51,013 nt of DNA from a virus (Duplodnaviria > Caudoviricetes): IMG/VR virus record IMGVR_UViG_3300031454_000230, positions 1 through 51,013 of that record; one strand, 5' to 3'. This document shows, one piece after another, positions 1 through 8,578 of the stretch (its first letter is position 1; each line of letters opens with the position of its first letter). Position numbers and translations under genes: made by a program. Below the pieces are notes generated by a model that saw only the letters and a list, made by a program, of their open reading frames with translations, made no database searches and had not been told where the DNA came from.

Positions 1-1152
1 CTACTCACGCCCGTTTCTGTGGCGCGCCACTTTTTCGGTCCCGAACGACCCTGCCGCGTCGCGCAGATAGTCGGTCGCGTGGTGCGCGTAGACTCGCGTG
101 ATCATCTGCTCCGAAGCCCCGAGATACCCGGCGACTTGCCAGAGCGGGACCGCTTGGTGGAGCAGCCACGTCGCGCACGTGTGCCGGAGTGTGTGTGGGG
201 TCACGTCGTCGAGATGGGCGTAGAGGCAGGCTCGGATGAAGCCTCGCCGCTCCTTCGCGAGCAGCTCCCCTGCATATTCGACGGGGCCGTTGATCGTGAG
301 CCGTCGCCACCTGACCGCGTGCGCCGCGAGCTGGCGCGGAAGCGGGACGGGCGGCCGGCGCTTCGTCGTCTCGCGCTCGCCAGCCCCGCGCCGGTAGAGC
401 AGGCCACGGTTGAGATCGAACCACCCGCCCTCGCTGTTCACGCCCCATCTGAGCCGCAAGATCGCGTCGTGCCGCGTGCCGGTGTAGAGCGCGATCAGGA
501 TGAAGCGAGCGACGTGGTAGTTGCGGGGCCCGACTCGGCGCCACCCGGTCAGCGCGCCCGTTTTCACGTCACACGCCGTCGCGCACCAGCCGAGCGCGCC
601 CGCGAGGAGCCGGGCGGCTTCCGACCGGGTCAACCACCGTTGCCGGGCCGGAGCCTTCGGCGGGAACGTGACCGGCACCGGGCGATCAATCTGGCGCTCG
701 CGAAAGGCGTAGCCGAGCGCGGCCGACAGCGTTTCGAGCTCCCGCCTTGCCGTGCCGACCGCGACCACGCGGCCGAGCCGTCCGGCCGTTCGCTCCTCGA
801 CGTAGCGCCGGCATGACGCGCCGGAGATCCACGAGGCCGACCGGCCGCTGAAGAACCCAAGGAGCGGCATCATGTGGAAGCCGATCGATTCGGGGGAAGC
901 TACGTGCGGGGCCCGGTCGGACGAGTAGAGGGTGAGGACGTCGTCGATGAGGACGTGAGCGGGATTACCGTCCCGGAAGTCCGGGCGGTGCTTCCTCGAG
1001 ATGTAGTCCGCGAGGGCTTTCTCAGCCTCGCCGCGGCTTCCTCGGCCGCAGCCCGTGCCGATCTGATGCGACCCGTCTCGGATGACATAGACGGGCTCGC
1101 GACCGCCCCGCTCTCGGAGCCAGAGGCGGGGGCCTTTCGTCGGACGCGGCAT
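1..1152 (-). CDS. int: Phage integrase (tyrosine recombinase)
   Basis: 383 aa; catalytic motifs GTRHDA (R), HTLRH (HxxR) and VYAH (Y); lies at the prophage end. Confidence 0.95.
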   Translation of the reverse strand: MPRPTKGPRLWLRERGGREPVYVIRDGSHQIGTGCGRGSRGEAEKALADYISRKHRPDFRDGNPAHVLIDDVLTLYSSDRAPHVASPESIGFHMMPLLGFFSGRSASWISGASCRRYVEERTAGRLGRVVAVGTARRELETLSAALGYAFRERQIDRPVPVTFPPKAPARQRWLTRSEAARLLAGALGWCATACDVKTGALTGWRRVGPRNYHVARFILIALYTGTRHDAILRLRWGVNSEGGWFDLNRGLLYRRGAGERETTKRRPPVPLPRQLAAHAVRWRRLTINGPVEYAGELLAKERRGFIRACLYAHLDDVTPHTLRHTCATWLLHQAVPLWQVAGYLGASEQMITRVYAHHATDYLRDAAGSFGTEKVARHRNGRE

Positions 1153-1364
1153 TGCTTCCTCATCGCCTCGATCGCGGCCAGGGTCACATACTCGCGCCCG
1201 GCGATCATCTCGACCTCAAGGTGCCCGCGATCGCGCTCGCGCCGCAAGCCGGTTACCGTCATGCTTCCGTCGGGGAACGCCAGCTCGGCCGCGACCCTGA
1301 GCCGGAGTGGTTCGTGCTGCCCGACCGCCGCGCGGTCGATGGGCTTCCGCTCCTGCGCGCTCAT
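900..1364 (-). CDS. Excisionase-like DNA-binding protein overlapping the integrase 5' end
   Basis: N-terminal wHTH-like segment LRLRVAAELAFPDGSMTVTGLRRERDRGHLEVEMIAGREYVTLAAIEAM; ATGA-coupled to the upstream gene; directly before int. Confidence 0.7.
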   Translation of the reverse strand: MSAQERKPIDRAAVGQHEPLRLRVAAELAFPDGSMTVTGLRRERDRGHLEVEMIAGREYVTLAAIEAMRKQCRVRRKAPASGSESGAVASPSMSSETGRIRSARAAAEEAAARLRKPSRTTSRGSTARTSGTVIPLTSSSTTSSPSTRPTGPRT

Positions 1365-2194
1365 CGGTTCTGCACCTCCGGCATCGCGTCGTGCGTCACG
1401 CCGTCGAGGAGGCGGCCCGCAGCCTTCTTGCCGACGCGGTACATGCCTCCAGGTGGCGGCCCAGCCTCGATACAGGGAAGGTCTCGACTGTAGGCGTCGT
1501 CTTCGGGGAGAAATTCACCCCACTGCTTGAAGAAGAACGCCACCCCCGCGGTCGCGCATTGGTCATGAATCGAGCGAGCCCAGGCAGGGTGCATCGGCCG
1601 GGCCTTCGGGCCGCTCTCGCCGCCGACGATGACGAGTTGAATTCCCGTGAGGTCGATCGCGCCGAGATCCTCGAGCAGCGGTTCGCAGGAGAGGAACCGG
1701 ACACGAGCCGGCACGCGCCTAAGCACGTCGATCCGGCGCTTGCGCGCGGCATCCTCGACCGTCGTGCCGAGCCAAACATTCGGCCAGCCGTCCTCCCACT
1801 CTGGCGCGCCGATCGCCGGTGTCGGCAGCATCTTCGCGATGTTCTCCGGCCGCTTGGTGAGCAGCATCCAGTCGAGACTCGGAGTCTGGTCGATCAGGTG
1901 CCACAGGTCGTCCCTCCACCTGGTCGGAACCTGATTGTCGAACACGTCCGCGAGCGAAGCGCAGAAAGCGCGGTGCCGCTCGCCCGCTGCAGCGGCCGCC
2001 TTGTTCCACCTAATCGGCTGCTGCCAGTTCGACGCCGTCGTGCGCCGCCGCTCGCCCTGCCATAGCTGCGGCTGTCCCGTTCGCCTCGCCCAACTCTCGG
2101 CGTAGCAAAAGTCGCAAGCGGGGGTGAGCCGCGTGCAGCCGACCCACGGGTTGAAGGTGTGGCGACACCACTCGATCTTGCTGTCGGCGGCCAT
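1361..2194 (-). CDS. Phage Gp37/Gp68 (DUF5131) family protein, radical-SAM-like Cys motif
   Basis: MAADSKIEWCRHTFNPWVGCTRLTPACDFCYAE, LLTKRPEN, FLSCEPLL, IVGGESG, FFFKQWG; start ATG at 2194. Confidence 0.92.
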   Translation of the reverse strand: MAADSKIEWCRHTFNPWVGCTRLTPACDFCYAESWARRTGQPQLWQGERRRTTASNWQQPIRWNKAAAAAGERHRAFCASLADVFDNQVPTRWRDDLWHLIDQTPSLDWMLLTKRPENIAKMLPTPAIGAPEWEDGWPNVWLGTTVEDAARKRRIDVLRRVPARVRFLSCEPLLEDLGAIDLTGIQLVIVGGESGPKARPMHPAWARSIHDQCATAGVAFFFKQWGEFLPEDDAYSRDLPCIEAGPPPGGMYRVGKKAAGRLLDGVTHDAMPEVQNR

Positions 2195-2306
2195 GGTCAG
2201 ACGACCATCCGTAGGTCGAAGCTCACGAGCTCGCGCCGGTGCGGCGAGCTGCTCCGGATCGTCGGCCAGCCGAAGACCTGGTGATCGATCCGGTTGAGGG
2301 CGAAGG

Positions 2307-3038
2307 TCATGCGGCTTCGCTCCCGGCCCGAGCCGCCCGTTCGCGGCGCTCGATCTCATGTTTGACCGTGAAGAGGACGTCCTCGTCGAAGTCCCGCTCC
2401 GACACCCAGCGCAGGAATCCGGTGTCGACCTCGGACCAGGACGTGCCGCGGTGCTTCCCGAACTGACATCTGACCTGAAGGGCGGGCTCCGACGACCAAC
2501 GGATCAGCTCGTCGAGAGACGCGAGCTGAAGCAGGTCGCGAAGGTGATGCGCGGTGACATAGGCGTCCGGGAACGCCCGGTGCGCCATGTCGGCGAGCGC
2601 TCGGTCGAGCCCGTCCGGCCGACGCCAGTACCGGAGGCCCTGATTCGAATGCAGCGGGGCTTCGCGCCATAAGCGAAGCGCGCCTTTGTGCGTGCAGATC
2701 CAGCTCCGGTCACCCGCGACGGCCGGCGTGCACCAGAGCCGCTCGAACTTCGCGTTGTGGGCCGCATAGGCGACCGGCTCGCCGGTGAAGACGAGCGGGG
2801 CCACGGCATGCCAGGGCGGGGCGTGCGCGACGTCCTCGTCGACGAGGTGGTGCACCGCCGAGGCCTCAGGCGGGATCGGGCAGCCCGGGTTGATGAGAGC
2901 CGAGCCGCCGCCGGCGACGCGCCAGCCCGCCTCGGACGGCGCGAGGTCGCACCAGCCGATCTCGACGATGCCGCTAGCGTCGCCCTTCGGCGGCTCGAAG
3001 CCGACGGTTTCAATGTCGATCGCGCGTATCAGTGTCAC
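2307..3038 (-). CDS. DEDDh 3'-5' exonuclease, exonuclease X-like
   Basis: DIET...AHNAKFE...HRAFPD motifs and C-terminal FGKHRGTSWSEVDTGFLRWV; GTG start overlaps the upstream stop. Confidence 0.9.
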   Translation of the reverse strand: MTLIRAIDIETVGFEPPKGDASGIVEIGWCDLAPSEAGWRVAGGGSALINPGCPIPPEASAVHHLVDEDVAHAPPWHAVAPLVFTGEPVAYAAHNAKFERLWCTPAVAGDRSWICTHKGALRLWREAPLHSNQGLRYWRRPDGLDRALADMAHRAFPDAYVTAHHLRDLLQLASLDELIRWSSEPALQVRCQFGKHRGTSWSEVDTGFLRWVSERDFDEDVLFTVKHEIERRERAARAGSEAA

Positions 3039-4039
3039 GCCGCCACCTCGCGGGATTGCTCGTCGGCGCGGTCGACTGCCTCCGCGATCACGTCGAGCTC
3101 GGTCGCGATCGCGTCCATCCGCGCGCGCTGGTCCGGCTTCGTGACCTTCCGGCGCGCCTGCTCGAGCGACCACGTGCCTTTTCGAGCCTCGTCTCGCAGC
3201 GCGTCCTCGAAGGATCGACGCGGCTGGTGCGTCGTGCTGCGCTTCTGCGCCGCCCCGCCCGCCGCCCACTCGGCCATCTGCCGACCGGCTACCTCGTCGA
3301 GCGCACGGCCTTCGGTGAAAATGTGCCGGAACTGTTCCGGCAGCTTCATCATCAGCCGTTCGCCGACCGCATCCGAGCGCCATGTGGGAACCCCATCCGC
3401 GCGCGGCATCAGGAGCATGTTGACGGTCATCTCGTAGAGAAGGTCATCGCCGGCGATCGGCATCATGCCGAGGTGGATGATCTTTTCGTCGCTCTCGCTC
3501 TTCGCGCTCCTGTCGGCCGGCTTGCTCTTGTCCCGGGCCCTCGAGCAGAAGATCAGGTTCGCGCCGATTTGCTTGATGCCCTCGATCATGCGCTGCCGCT
3601 TCGGCCCGACCTCCGCCCAGCCGAGCATGCCGAGCTTCTTGCGTTGGTCGTAGGACGGGTTGTCGGTCCTCGCGATCCGGCAGATCGCGGCCTCGGCGCC
3701 CTCCAGGTAGCCGCCCTGTCCGATGTGCTCGTGCGTGATCGAGTCGACGATGATCGTCTTCGCGCCCTCGGCCGCGCAGAAGCGGATCGCCTCCAAGTAG
3801 TCGAGCGAGCCGAAGGGTGGTTTGAAGTCGAGGTGCTTGAACCGGAAGATGTCCGCGTAAGCGAGCATCCGGCGCGCCTCTGTGTCTATCCCGTAGATCT
3901 CTCCGCCGACGAACTCCTGGATGCCCTTGGCGAGCCGGAGCGCGCTGTAGGTTTTCCCGCCGCCGCTTGGACCCATGATGCCGATCAGGAGCGGCACGCG
4001 TTCCCGGACGGCGTCGGCGATCTCGAACGTGCGTGCCAT
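3035..4039 (-). CDS. P-loop ATPase, Sak4/AAA_24-like phage recombination protein
   Basis: Walker A GPSGGGKT, Walker B IIVDS; adjacent to two nucleases. Confidence 0.85.
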   Translation of the reverse strand: MARTFEIADAVRERVPLLIGIMGPSGGGKTYSALRLAKGIQEFVGGEIYGIDTEARRMLAYADIFRFKHLDFKPPFGSLDYLEAIRFCAAEGAKTIIVDSITHEHIGQGGYLEGAEAAICRIARTDNPSYDQRKKLGMLGWAEVGPKRQRMIEGIKQIGANLIFCSRARDKSKPADRSAKSESDEKIIHLGMMPIAGDDLLYEMTVNMLLMPRADGVPTWRSDAVGERLMMKLPEQFRHIFTEGRALDEVAGRQMAEWAAGGAAQKRSTTHQPRRSFEDALRDEARKGTWSLEQARRKVTKPDQRARMDAIATELDVIAEAVDRADEQSREVAA

Positions 4040-4040
4040 G

Positions 4041-5036
4041 TCAGGCGACCTCCGGCATGGGGGCTTGGGGAGAGAGGGCGAGCATCAGCTTCGTGCCGAG
4101 CGCTTGGAGGGCGGGGTCCGCGATCTCGCGCTCCTGCCACCGTGCGGCAGTCCAGGGCGGACTCTCTACGGAGCGAATCTCCGGTGCGTAGCCCGGCCAT
4201 TCGTTCCGGCGCAGGCAGTCCTCGAACCAGACGGCTGCGGTCACGGCCTTCCGCTCGCCGAACCAGCGCTGCTCGCCGGTCAGCCGAACGACGCGGCACT
4301 CGTGGGGCGGTTTGTCCTCGACGAAGACGAAGTTGAAGGTCGCCCTGCCGATGATTTCGGGCCGCAGGATCGAGAGCCCGCGCGTGTACCAGGCCGCCTG
4401 GATGTCCAGTCCTTCCGCGACCCGGTTCGCGAGCTCGCGATCGGAGAGCCCGCCGGCCGTCGTCTTCAGGTCCCAAACGTCGTATTCGGTCGGGCCCCAC
4501 CAATCGAGCATCGCGCGCCCGTAGATGCCGGTCGGGTCGCGCCAGATCGCGACCGCCTCGCCGATCCCGTCCTGGAATGCGCCCTCGGCGCCGGGGATCC
4601 TCGCGAGACGGAGTCGGACCGCGTCGACCATGGCCTCGGCCCGGGCGAGGTCGCACTGCAGGACCGGCGTCAGCCCGGCCGCGAGCGCTTCGTCGCGCTC
4701 TTCCTGCGCCGCCTTGGTCTGGTAGCTCTCGACCGGATTGCCGGCTTTGTTCGGCGCCGCGATCACGTGGACGCCGCGGCCTTGGCCGATCATCAACTCG
4801 TGCGCGACCGAACCGACGTCGAGCTTGCGCTTCCGCTGGTCTTCGTCCCCGCCGCCGAGCCGCGGATGCTTCGCCCACGCGTGCTGCGGCGTGCGGTCCA
4901 GCAGCGTGATCGCGATCGAGCGAGACAGGCTCGGCGCCGGGGCGGCGTCGGCGTGATAGACGGGCGCCGGCATGCGGTAGAGGCCAGGGCCGGCGACTCG
5001 GCCGGCGGTGTGGTCGGTCAACTCGACCTGGTTCAC
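4041..5036 (-). CDS. PD-(D/E)XK exonuclease, RecE/exonuclease VIII-like (DUF3799-type)
   Basis: YHAD..SLSRS, GSVAHEL, RAMLDW...WDLKTT, QAAWY, FVFVEDKPPH; GTG start at 5036. Confidence 0.88.
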   Translation of the reverse strand: MNQVELTDHTAGRVAGPGLYRMPAPVYHADAAPAPSLSRSIAITLLDRTPQHAWAKHPRLGGGDEDQRKRKLDVGSVAHELMIGQGRGVHVIAAPNKAGNPVESYQTKAAQEERDEALAAGLTPVLQCDLARAEAMVDAVRLRLARIPGAEGAFQDGIGEAVAIWRDPTGIYGRAMLDWWGPTEYDVWDLKTTAGGLSDRELANRVAEGLDIQAAWYTRGLSILRPEIIGRATFNFVFVEDKPPHECRVVRLTGEQRWFGERKAVTAAVWFEDCLRRNEWPGYAPEIRSVESPPWTAARWQEREIADPALQALGTKLMLALSPQAPMPEVA

Positions 5037-5254
5037 GGGTCCCTCCTCAGCATGGACCCTTCGCCCCGCGGCTCCGGCCGCTCGCCCTCGCAATCGCGCT
5101 CGACGACCTCGGCCACGGCCGGCCAGATGCGCGCGACGCCGTAAGCCGCACACGCGACGAGCGGCGCGAGCGCCTCCCAGCCGGCGAGCGGCGAGACGGC
5201 GGCGGCCAGCGCGGCGGCAGCGACCGCGAGGTCGAGGAGGAGGAGGGCGGTCAC
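5033..5254 (-). CDS. Small hydrophobic membrane protein
   Basis: Two hydrophobic stretches; GTGA-coupled within the operon. Confidence 0.6.
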   Translation of the reverse strand: MTALLLLDLAVAAAALAAAVSPLAGWEALAPLVACAAYGVARIWPAVAEVVERDCEGERPEPRGEGSMLRRDP

Positions 5255-5472
5255 CGTCCCTCCAGAACATCGGCGACCATCCGGAGCGTGTCGGCAGCGG
5301 ATGGGCCAAGGGTGCGCGTCCAGTCGAGGTCGTCGAGGTGATCGGCGGCGTCGAACGACTCCCGGCGGGCGCGTTCGATCAGCGGGCCAGCGGCGGCCAC
5401 GTGATCGGCGGCTAGGCGGAGCGCTGCGGCGGCGCGGCCGTCGAGGGCGCGGGAGAGCGGAATGACGGGCAT
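5251..5472 (-). CDS. Hypothetical early protein
   Basis: Coupled ORF in the leftward operon. Confidence 0.6.
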   Translation of the reverse strand: MPVIPLSRALDGRAAAALRLAADHVAAAGPLIERARRESFDAADHLDDLDWTRTLGPSAADTLRMVADVLEGR

Positions 5473-5844
5473 CTACGCTGCCCTCTGGAACTCGGCCGGG
5501 AGCGGAGCCCGAAGCGCGGCCGTGAGGTCGGCCCCGATCCGGGCGCGCTCGGCGTCGATCGCGGCCCGCTCCGCTTCGGTGGCGACGAACCGTCCCGGCG
5601 CGTAGAACAGGGCGTCGTAATCGATCTTCAGGCCGTCGAGCCGCTCCGCCATCGCGCGAGCCGCGCAGGGCATCGCGAAGCGCTCGGCCTCACGACGGGC
5701 GTCGTGCCTGGCCCATTTCAGGGCGTCGCGGAGGATCGCGAACCGGGGGCCGTAGGACGTGACGCCGGGATCGGCGAGCGTGCGGCGGGCCTGGGCCTTG
5801 ATCGCGGCGGGGCAGGGTAGGCCGGCGGAAGTGAGGAGGGACAT
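5473..5844 (-). CDS. Hypothetical protein, first gene of the leftward early operon
   Basis: ATG at 5844 preceded by GGAGA SD; directly downstream of the pL-like promoter. Confidence 0.7.
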   Translation of the reverse strand: MSLLTSAGLPCPAAIKAQARRTLADPGVTSYGPRFAILRDALKWARHDARREAERFAMPCAARAMAERLDGLKIDYDALFYAPGRFVATEAERAAIDAERARIGADLTAALRAPLPAEFQRAA

Positions 5845-5870
5845 GGCCGTTCTCCGGGGAGGACGGCTGG

Positions 5871-5923
5871 AACCTGTCACCAATACGGTGACGGGTCAAG
5901 AGGCATGTCACCATTTAGGTGAC
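5871..5923 (-). promoter_or_regulatory. pL-like promoter with repressor operators (oL)
   Basis: GTCACC-N5-GGTGAC at 5876-5892 and 5907-5923; minus-strand TTGACC-17 bp-CAGGTT brackets the first operator; extra GGTGAC half-site at 5946-5951. Confidence 0.85.
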
Positions 5924-6032
5924 GCTTATTTTCTGGTCATGCTCCGGTGACGTCGCGAGCCGAGCCCTTACAGCTTCGCCGCCCGACACCCCGCCGCTTC
6001 GTGCGCGATGAGCAAGGCGTGGTGCGCGGCGG

Positions 6033-6278
6033 CTATCTGGCGACGCCGAAGATGGCCTGGAGCTTGGGCGCCAGCGTCGCGATCGCGACCATCGCAGCTA
6101 GCAGCCCAGCGATGCCTTTAAAGATGAACTCTTTCGTGGGAAGATGAGCAACCCGCTCGTTGAGGCAAGCCAGGTTGTTGCGGATCGATTCCGTGTCGGC
6201 CTTCAAGCGGTCCAGCTCGGATGCGAGATGCTCAACCCCCACCTCGATCCTGGTCATGCGCTCTTCCATGGTCGCCAT
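6033..6278 (-). CDS. Small coiled-coil protein with C-terminal transmembrane helix
   Basis: Heptad pattern MEERMTRIEVGVEHLASELDRLKAD followed by hydrophobic FIFKGIAGLLAAMVAIATLA. Confidence 0.75.
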   Translation of the reverse strand: MATMEERMTRIEVGVEHLASELDRLKADTESIRNNLACLNERVAHLPTKEFIFKGIAGLLAAMVAIATLAPKLQAIFGVAR

Positions 6279-6323
6279 GGTGCCACCCGCCCCAGTTCTC
6301 GGCAAGTGAAGGTAGTTTCAGCG

Positions 6324-6539
6324 ATGCCTGCCATCGAAGAGATATTCGAGATCGAGATTACGCCTGAGATGGTTGCAGCTGGCGTATATGAAGCAAACGA
6401 GCATTGTTTAGGAGAAGGTCTTCAGGGGCTCGTCTCGAATGTATTCATCGCAATGAGGCTCGAGGAGCTATATGCCGGCCGTCTTAGCTTGCGCAATAAG
6501 GTCGCTGAGGTAATCGACGAAAAGCTTACCAACGCCTAG
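6324..6539 (+). CDS. Small acidic hypothetical protein convergent with the HEPN gene
   Basis: MPAIEEIFEIEITPEMVAAGVYEA...; lower-GC segment; 3' end overlaps 6468-7085 by 72 bp. Confidence 0.5.
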   Translation: MPAIEEIFEIEITPEMVAAGVYEANEHCLGEGLQGLVSNVFIAMRLEELYAGRLSLRNKVAEVIDEKLTNA

Positions 6540-7085
6540 AGGCGACCTATCATCAATGTTTTTACCAAGATGCCGCAAGGGCGGGTCAAAAACGTCATTA
6601 TACCTCGTATTTCTGACCTGTTTAAGCGCCAATGACGGCCAGTCGTACATGGCCGTAGACACAACTTCCTCGTTTGAGGAGGTCGCCGTTACATGCCCGC
6701 GGTGATCCGTATCTACCGTTAGCTGTAGACCGGACAGTTTTGTTGGATCGAATGGCTCGCGAAAGGTGAGCGTGGCATCGCCTTTCTTCATCCGCTGGGT
6801 CACATCATCTACGCCGTGCTCCTCAGAATTTCGTGCATGACGCATGTACGAAAGTAGTTGGTCGTATTTTCTTGTTCGCTTCATTTGTCCGAACCAAGCG
6901 GTCGCCTTACCATTCACTTTGCTGCCCTGTTCCAGCTTCGAGTAGATTGCATTACCGGCGATCAATAGATCCGACCAAGCACCCTCGGCATCGTCGAGCG
7001 ACGCGGCTTGCTCAAGGCGACTGATGGCGGAACGAGCCTTACCCAAGCGGGACAGGCCATGTCGTATAGCGGCAGACTCGACCAT
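6468..7085 (-). CDS. Putative HEPN-domain protein (RNase-like)
   Basis: Helical N-terminus and an Rx4H motif RNSEEH (nt 6816-6833) in YMRHARNSEEHG; lower GC than the phage core. Confidence 0.65.
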   Translation of the reverse strand: MVESAAIRHGLSRLGKARSAISRLEQAASLDDAEGAWSDLLIAGNAIYSKLEQGSKVNGKATAWFGQMKRTRKYDQLLSYMRHARNSEEHGVDDVTQRMKKGDATLTFREPFDPTKLSGLQLTVDTDHRGHVTATSSNEEVVSTAMYDWPSLALKQVRNTRYNDVFDPPLRHLGKNIDDRSPLGVGKLFVDYLSDLIAQAKTAGI

Positions 7086-7095
7086 TCTGACCGGG

Positions 7096-7398
7096 TCACT
7101 CCGCGTCGTTCTTCCGCGCCGGCCGGCCAGACAGGAACCGCGAGTTCGAGGCGCGCACGCCGTGCTCGGCCGCCTCATCCGCGCCAGCGTTCGGCCCCTC
7201 GGCCGTGCATTTGCTCGTCGGGGGAGAGCCGCAGACCCGGCCGATATCGGCGTAGCCGACGCACCGCCCGCTCGGCCCGCGATAGCCGGGGCCGCCCTTG
7301 CAGCCGCAACCGGAACAGGATTCCGCCATGGCCGGGCCGAGGCAAAGCGCAGCGGCGAACACCGGCATTCTGGTGAGGCGTGCTCGCGCCCTCGTCAT
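7096..7398 (-). CDS. Small secreted cysteine-rich protein
   Basis: Signal-like VFAAALCLGPAMA followed by CSGCGCKGGPGYRGPSGRCVG...C...C (six Cys in the mature part). Confidence 0.75.
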   Translation of the reverse strand: MTRARARLTRMPVFAAALCLGPAMAESCSGCGCKGGPGYRGPSGRCVGYADIGRVCGSPPTSKCTAEGPNAGADEAAEHGVRASNSRFLSGRPARKNDAE

Positions 7399-7922
7399 TG
7401 CGAGCGGGGCGAGCGACGCGCCTCGCGCATCTCGATCGCGCCGGAGTAGATGCGGGTCGCACGGATGCCCTCGAATTCGAGCATCACCTGCTCGGACTGA
7501 ACGCTCCGCGGTGTAACTTCAACGTCGAAGCGGCATGCCGGCTTCTCGAGGTTCTCAAGGCCTTTGCATGGGCCGATGAGGCGCCCAGCGATCGCGCCGG
7601 TCGTTTGCGCTCCGAGGGCGCTCGACTCGATCCGGAGGGCTTTTCCCCCAAACGTTCCGATGCAGAGGAAGCCGTCTCTCGGCCGATCGACGCAGGCCAC
7701 GTTCCGCACCTGGATGGTCCGCTCCAGGAAAGATCGTGGGCTGTCGATAAGCTGCCGGGGGTCCGGGGTCTCAAGAGCAGAAACTTGGTTCGCCAGCGTC
7801 ATGAGCGTGGCTGCAAGTGCGACGCATGCGACCGCCTTCCTGATCTCGCGGTGGCGTGATGTATCGTCGAGCTTGCGCCAGCGGGCGGCCAGGAACGCGA
7901 ATTCGGGGCGGGGAGGGGTCAC
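7395..7922 (-). CDS. Exported protein with a four-cysteine domain
   Basis: Hydrophobic AVACVALAATLMTLANQVSA segment; resembles the C-terminal half of 7939-8565. Confidence 0.7.
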   Translation of the reverse strand: MTPPRPEFAFLAARWRKLDDTSRHREIRKAVACVALAATLMTLANQVSALETPDPRQLIDSPRSFLERTIQVRNVACVDRPRDGFLCIGTFGGKALRIESSALGAQTTGAIAGRLIGPCKGLENLEKPACRFDVEVTPRSVQSEQVMLEFEGIRATRIYSGAIEMREARRSPRSQ

Positions 7923-7938
7923 GCGGGCACGCGTAACA

Positions 7939-8565
7939 TCACCGGTTGCGACGGCGCTGGGGTTGCGGTGGAGGTGCTACCAACTCGACCGCTTCCGGGC
8001 GAATAATCGTCCGCCGCTGGTAGCCGCTGATCATGTCCTCGTCGACCTCGTCTTCAGAGAACCTGAACCGTATCGACTTCGAGCAGACCGAGGATATCGT
8101 CATCTTTTTCAGTTCCCCGCAATCCTTCTCCAATTTTAGACGCAGGACATCCGGAAACATAGCCGCTGTAAATACAACGACGTTGCGACCACTGATGCAT
8201 CGGTAATCAGAAACGTCAGCGTAGTAGCACTTCATATCGCGCAGCTCGATACTCTTCCCCACGTACTTCTTAGACCCAACGCCTAGGTCCGCAGCATCTA
8301 CCAATGTTGCGTCCGGGAACGAGGCGGCGGCGAGCTTGTCGATGGGAATGGGCTTGCTCCCCCCTGCAGGGGGCGGGGCCACGGCAGGGCTGGTATTCGG
8401 CGCTGGCGCCACCGGGTTTGGGACCCGGTCGAAACAGGCCAGCCTCTCCTTATCGTCCTTCATGGCCCGGCAGTCCGCGAGCCCCTCGGCCGATCTCGCT
8501 ACCTGAGAGCTCAAAAGAACTGACGCCGTCGCGAACAGGACGAGCCTCACCCATTGTTCCTGCAC
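7939..8565 (-). CDS. Secreted protein, Cys-pair N-domain, Pro linker and four-cysteine domain
   Basis: Signal peptide LVLFATASVLLSSQVARSA; CRAMKDDKERLACFD motif; GAGGAGG SD; immediately downstream of cI. Confidence 0.85.
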   Translation of the reverse strand: MQEQWVRLVLFATASVLLSSQVARSAEGLADCRAMKDDKERLACFDRVPNPVAPAPNTSPAVAPPPAGGSKPIPIDKLAAASFPDATLVDAADLGVGSKKYVGKSIELRDMKCYYADVSDYRCISGRNVVVFTAAMFPDVLRLKLEKDCGELKKMTISSVCSKSIRFRFSEDEVDEDMISGYQRRTIIRPEAVELVAPPPQPQRRRNR

Positions 8566-8578
8566 TTGCCCCTCCTCT

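Noticed and set aside
1-60. attL/attR core
   Set aside because: The window starts at the integrase stop and ends in the lysis genes; no terminal direct repeat is visible
2197-2310. 37-codon coupled ORF (MTFALNRIDHQVFGWP...) between the exonuclease and DUF5131 genes
   Set aside because: Plausible from the ATGA overlap but too short and featureless to support as a gene
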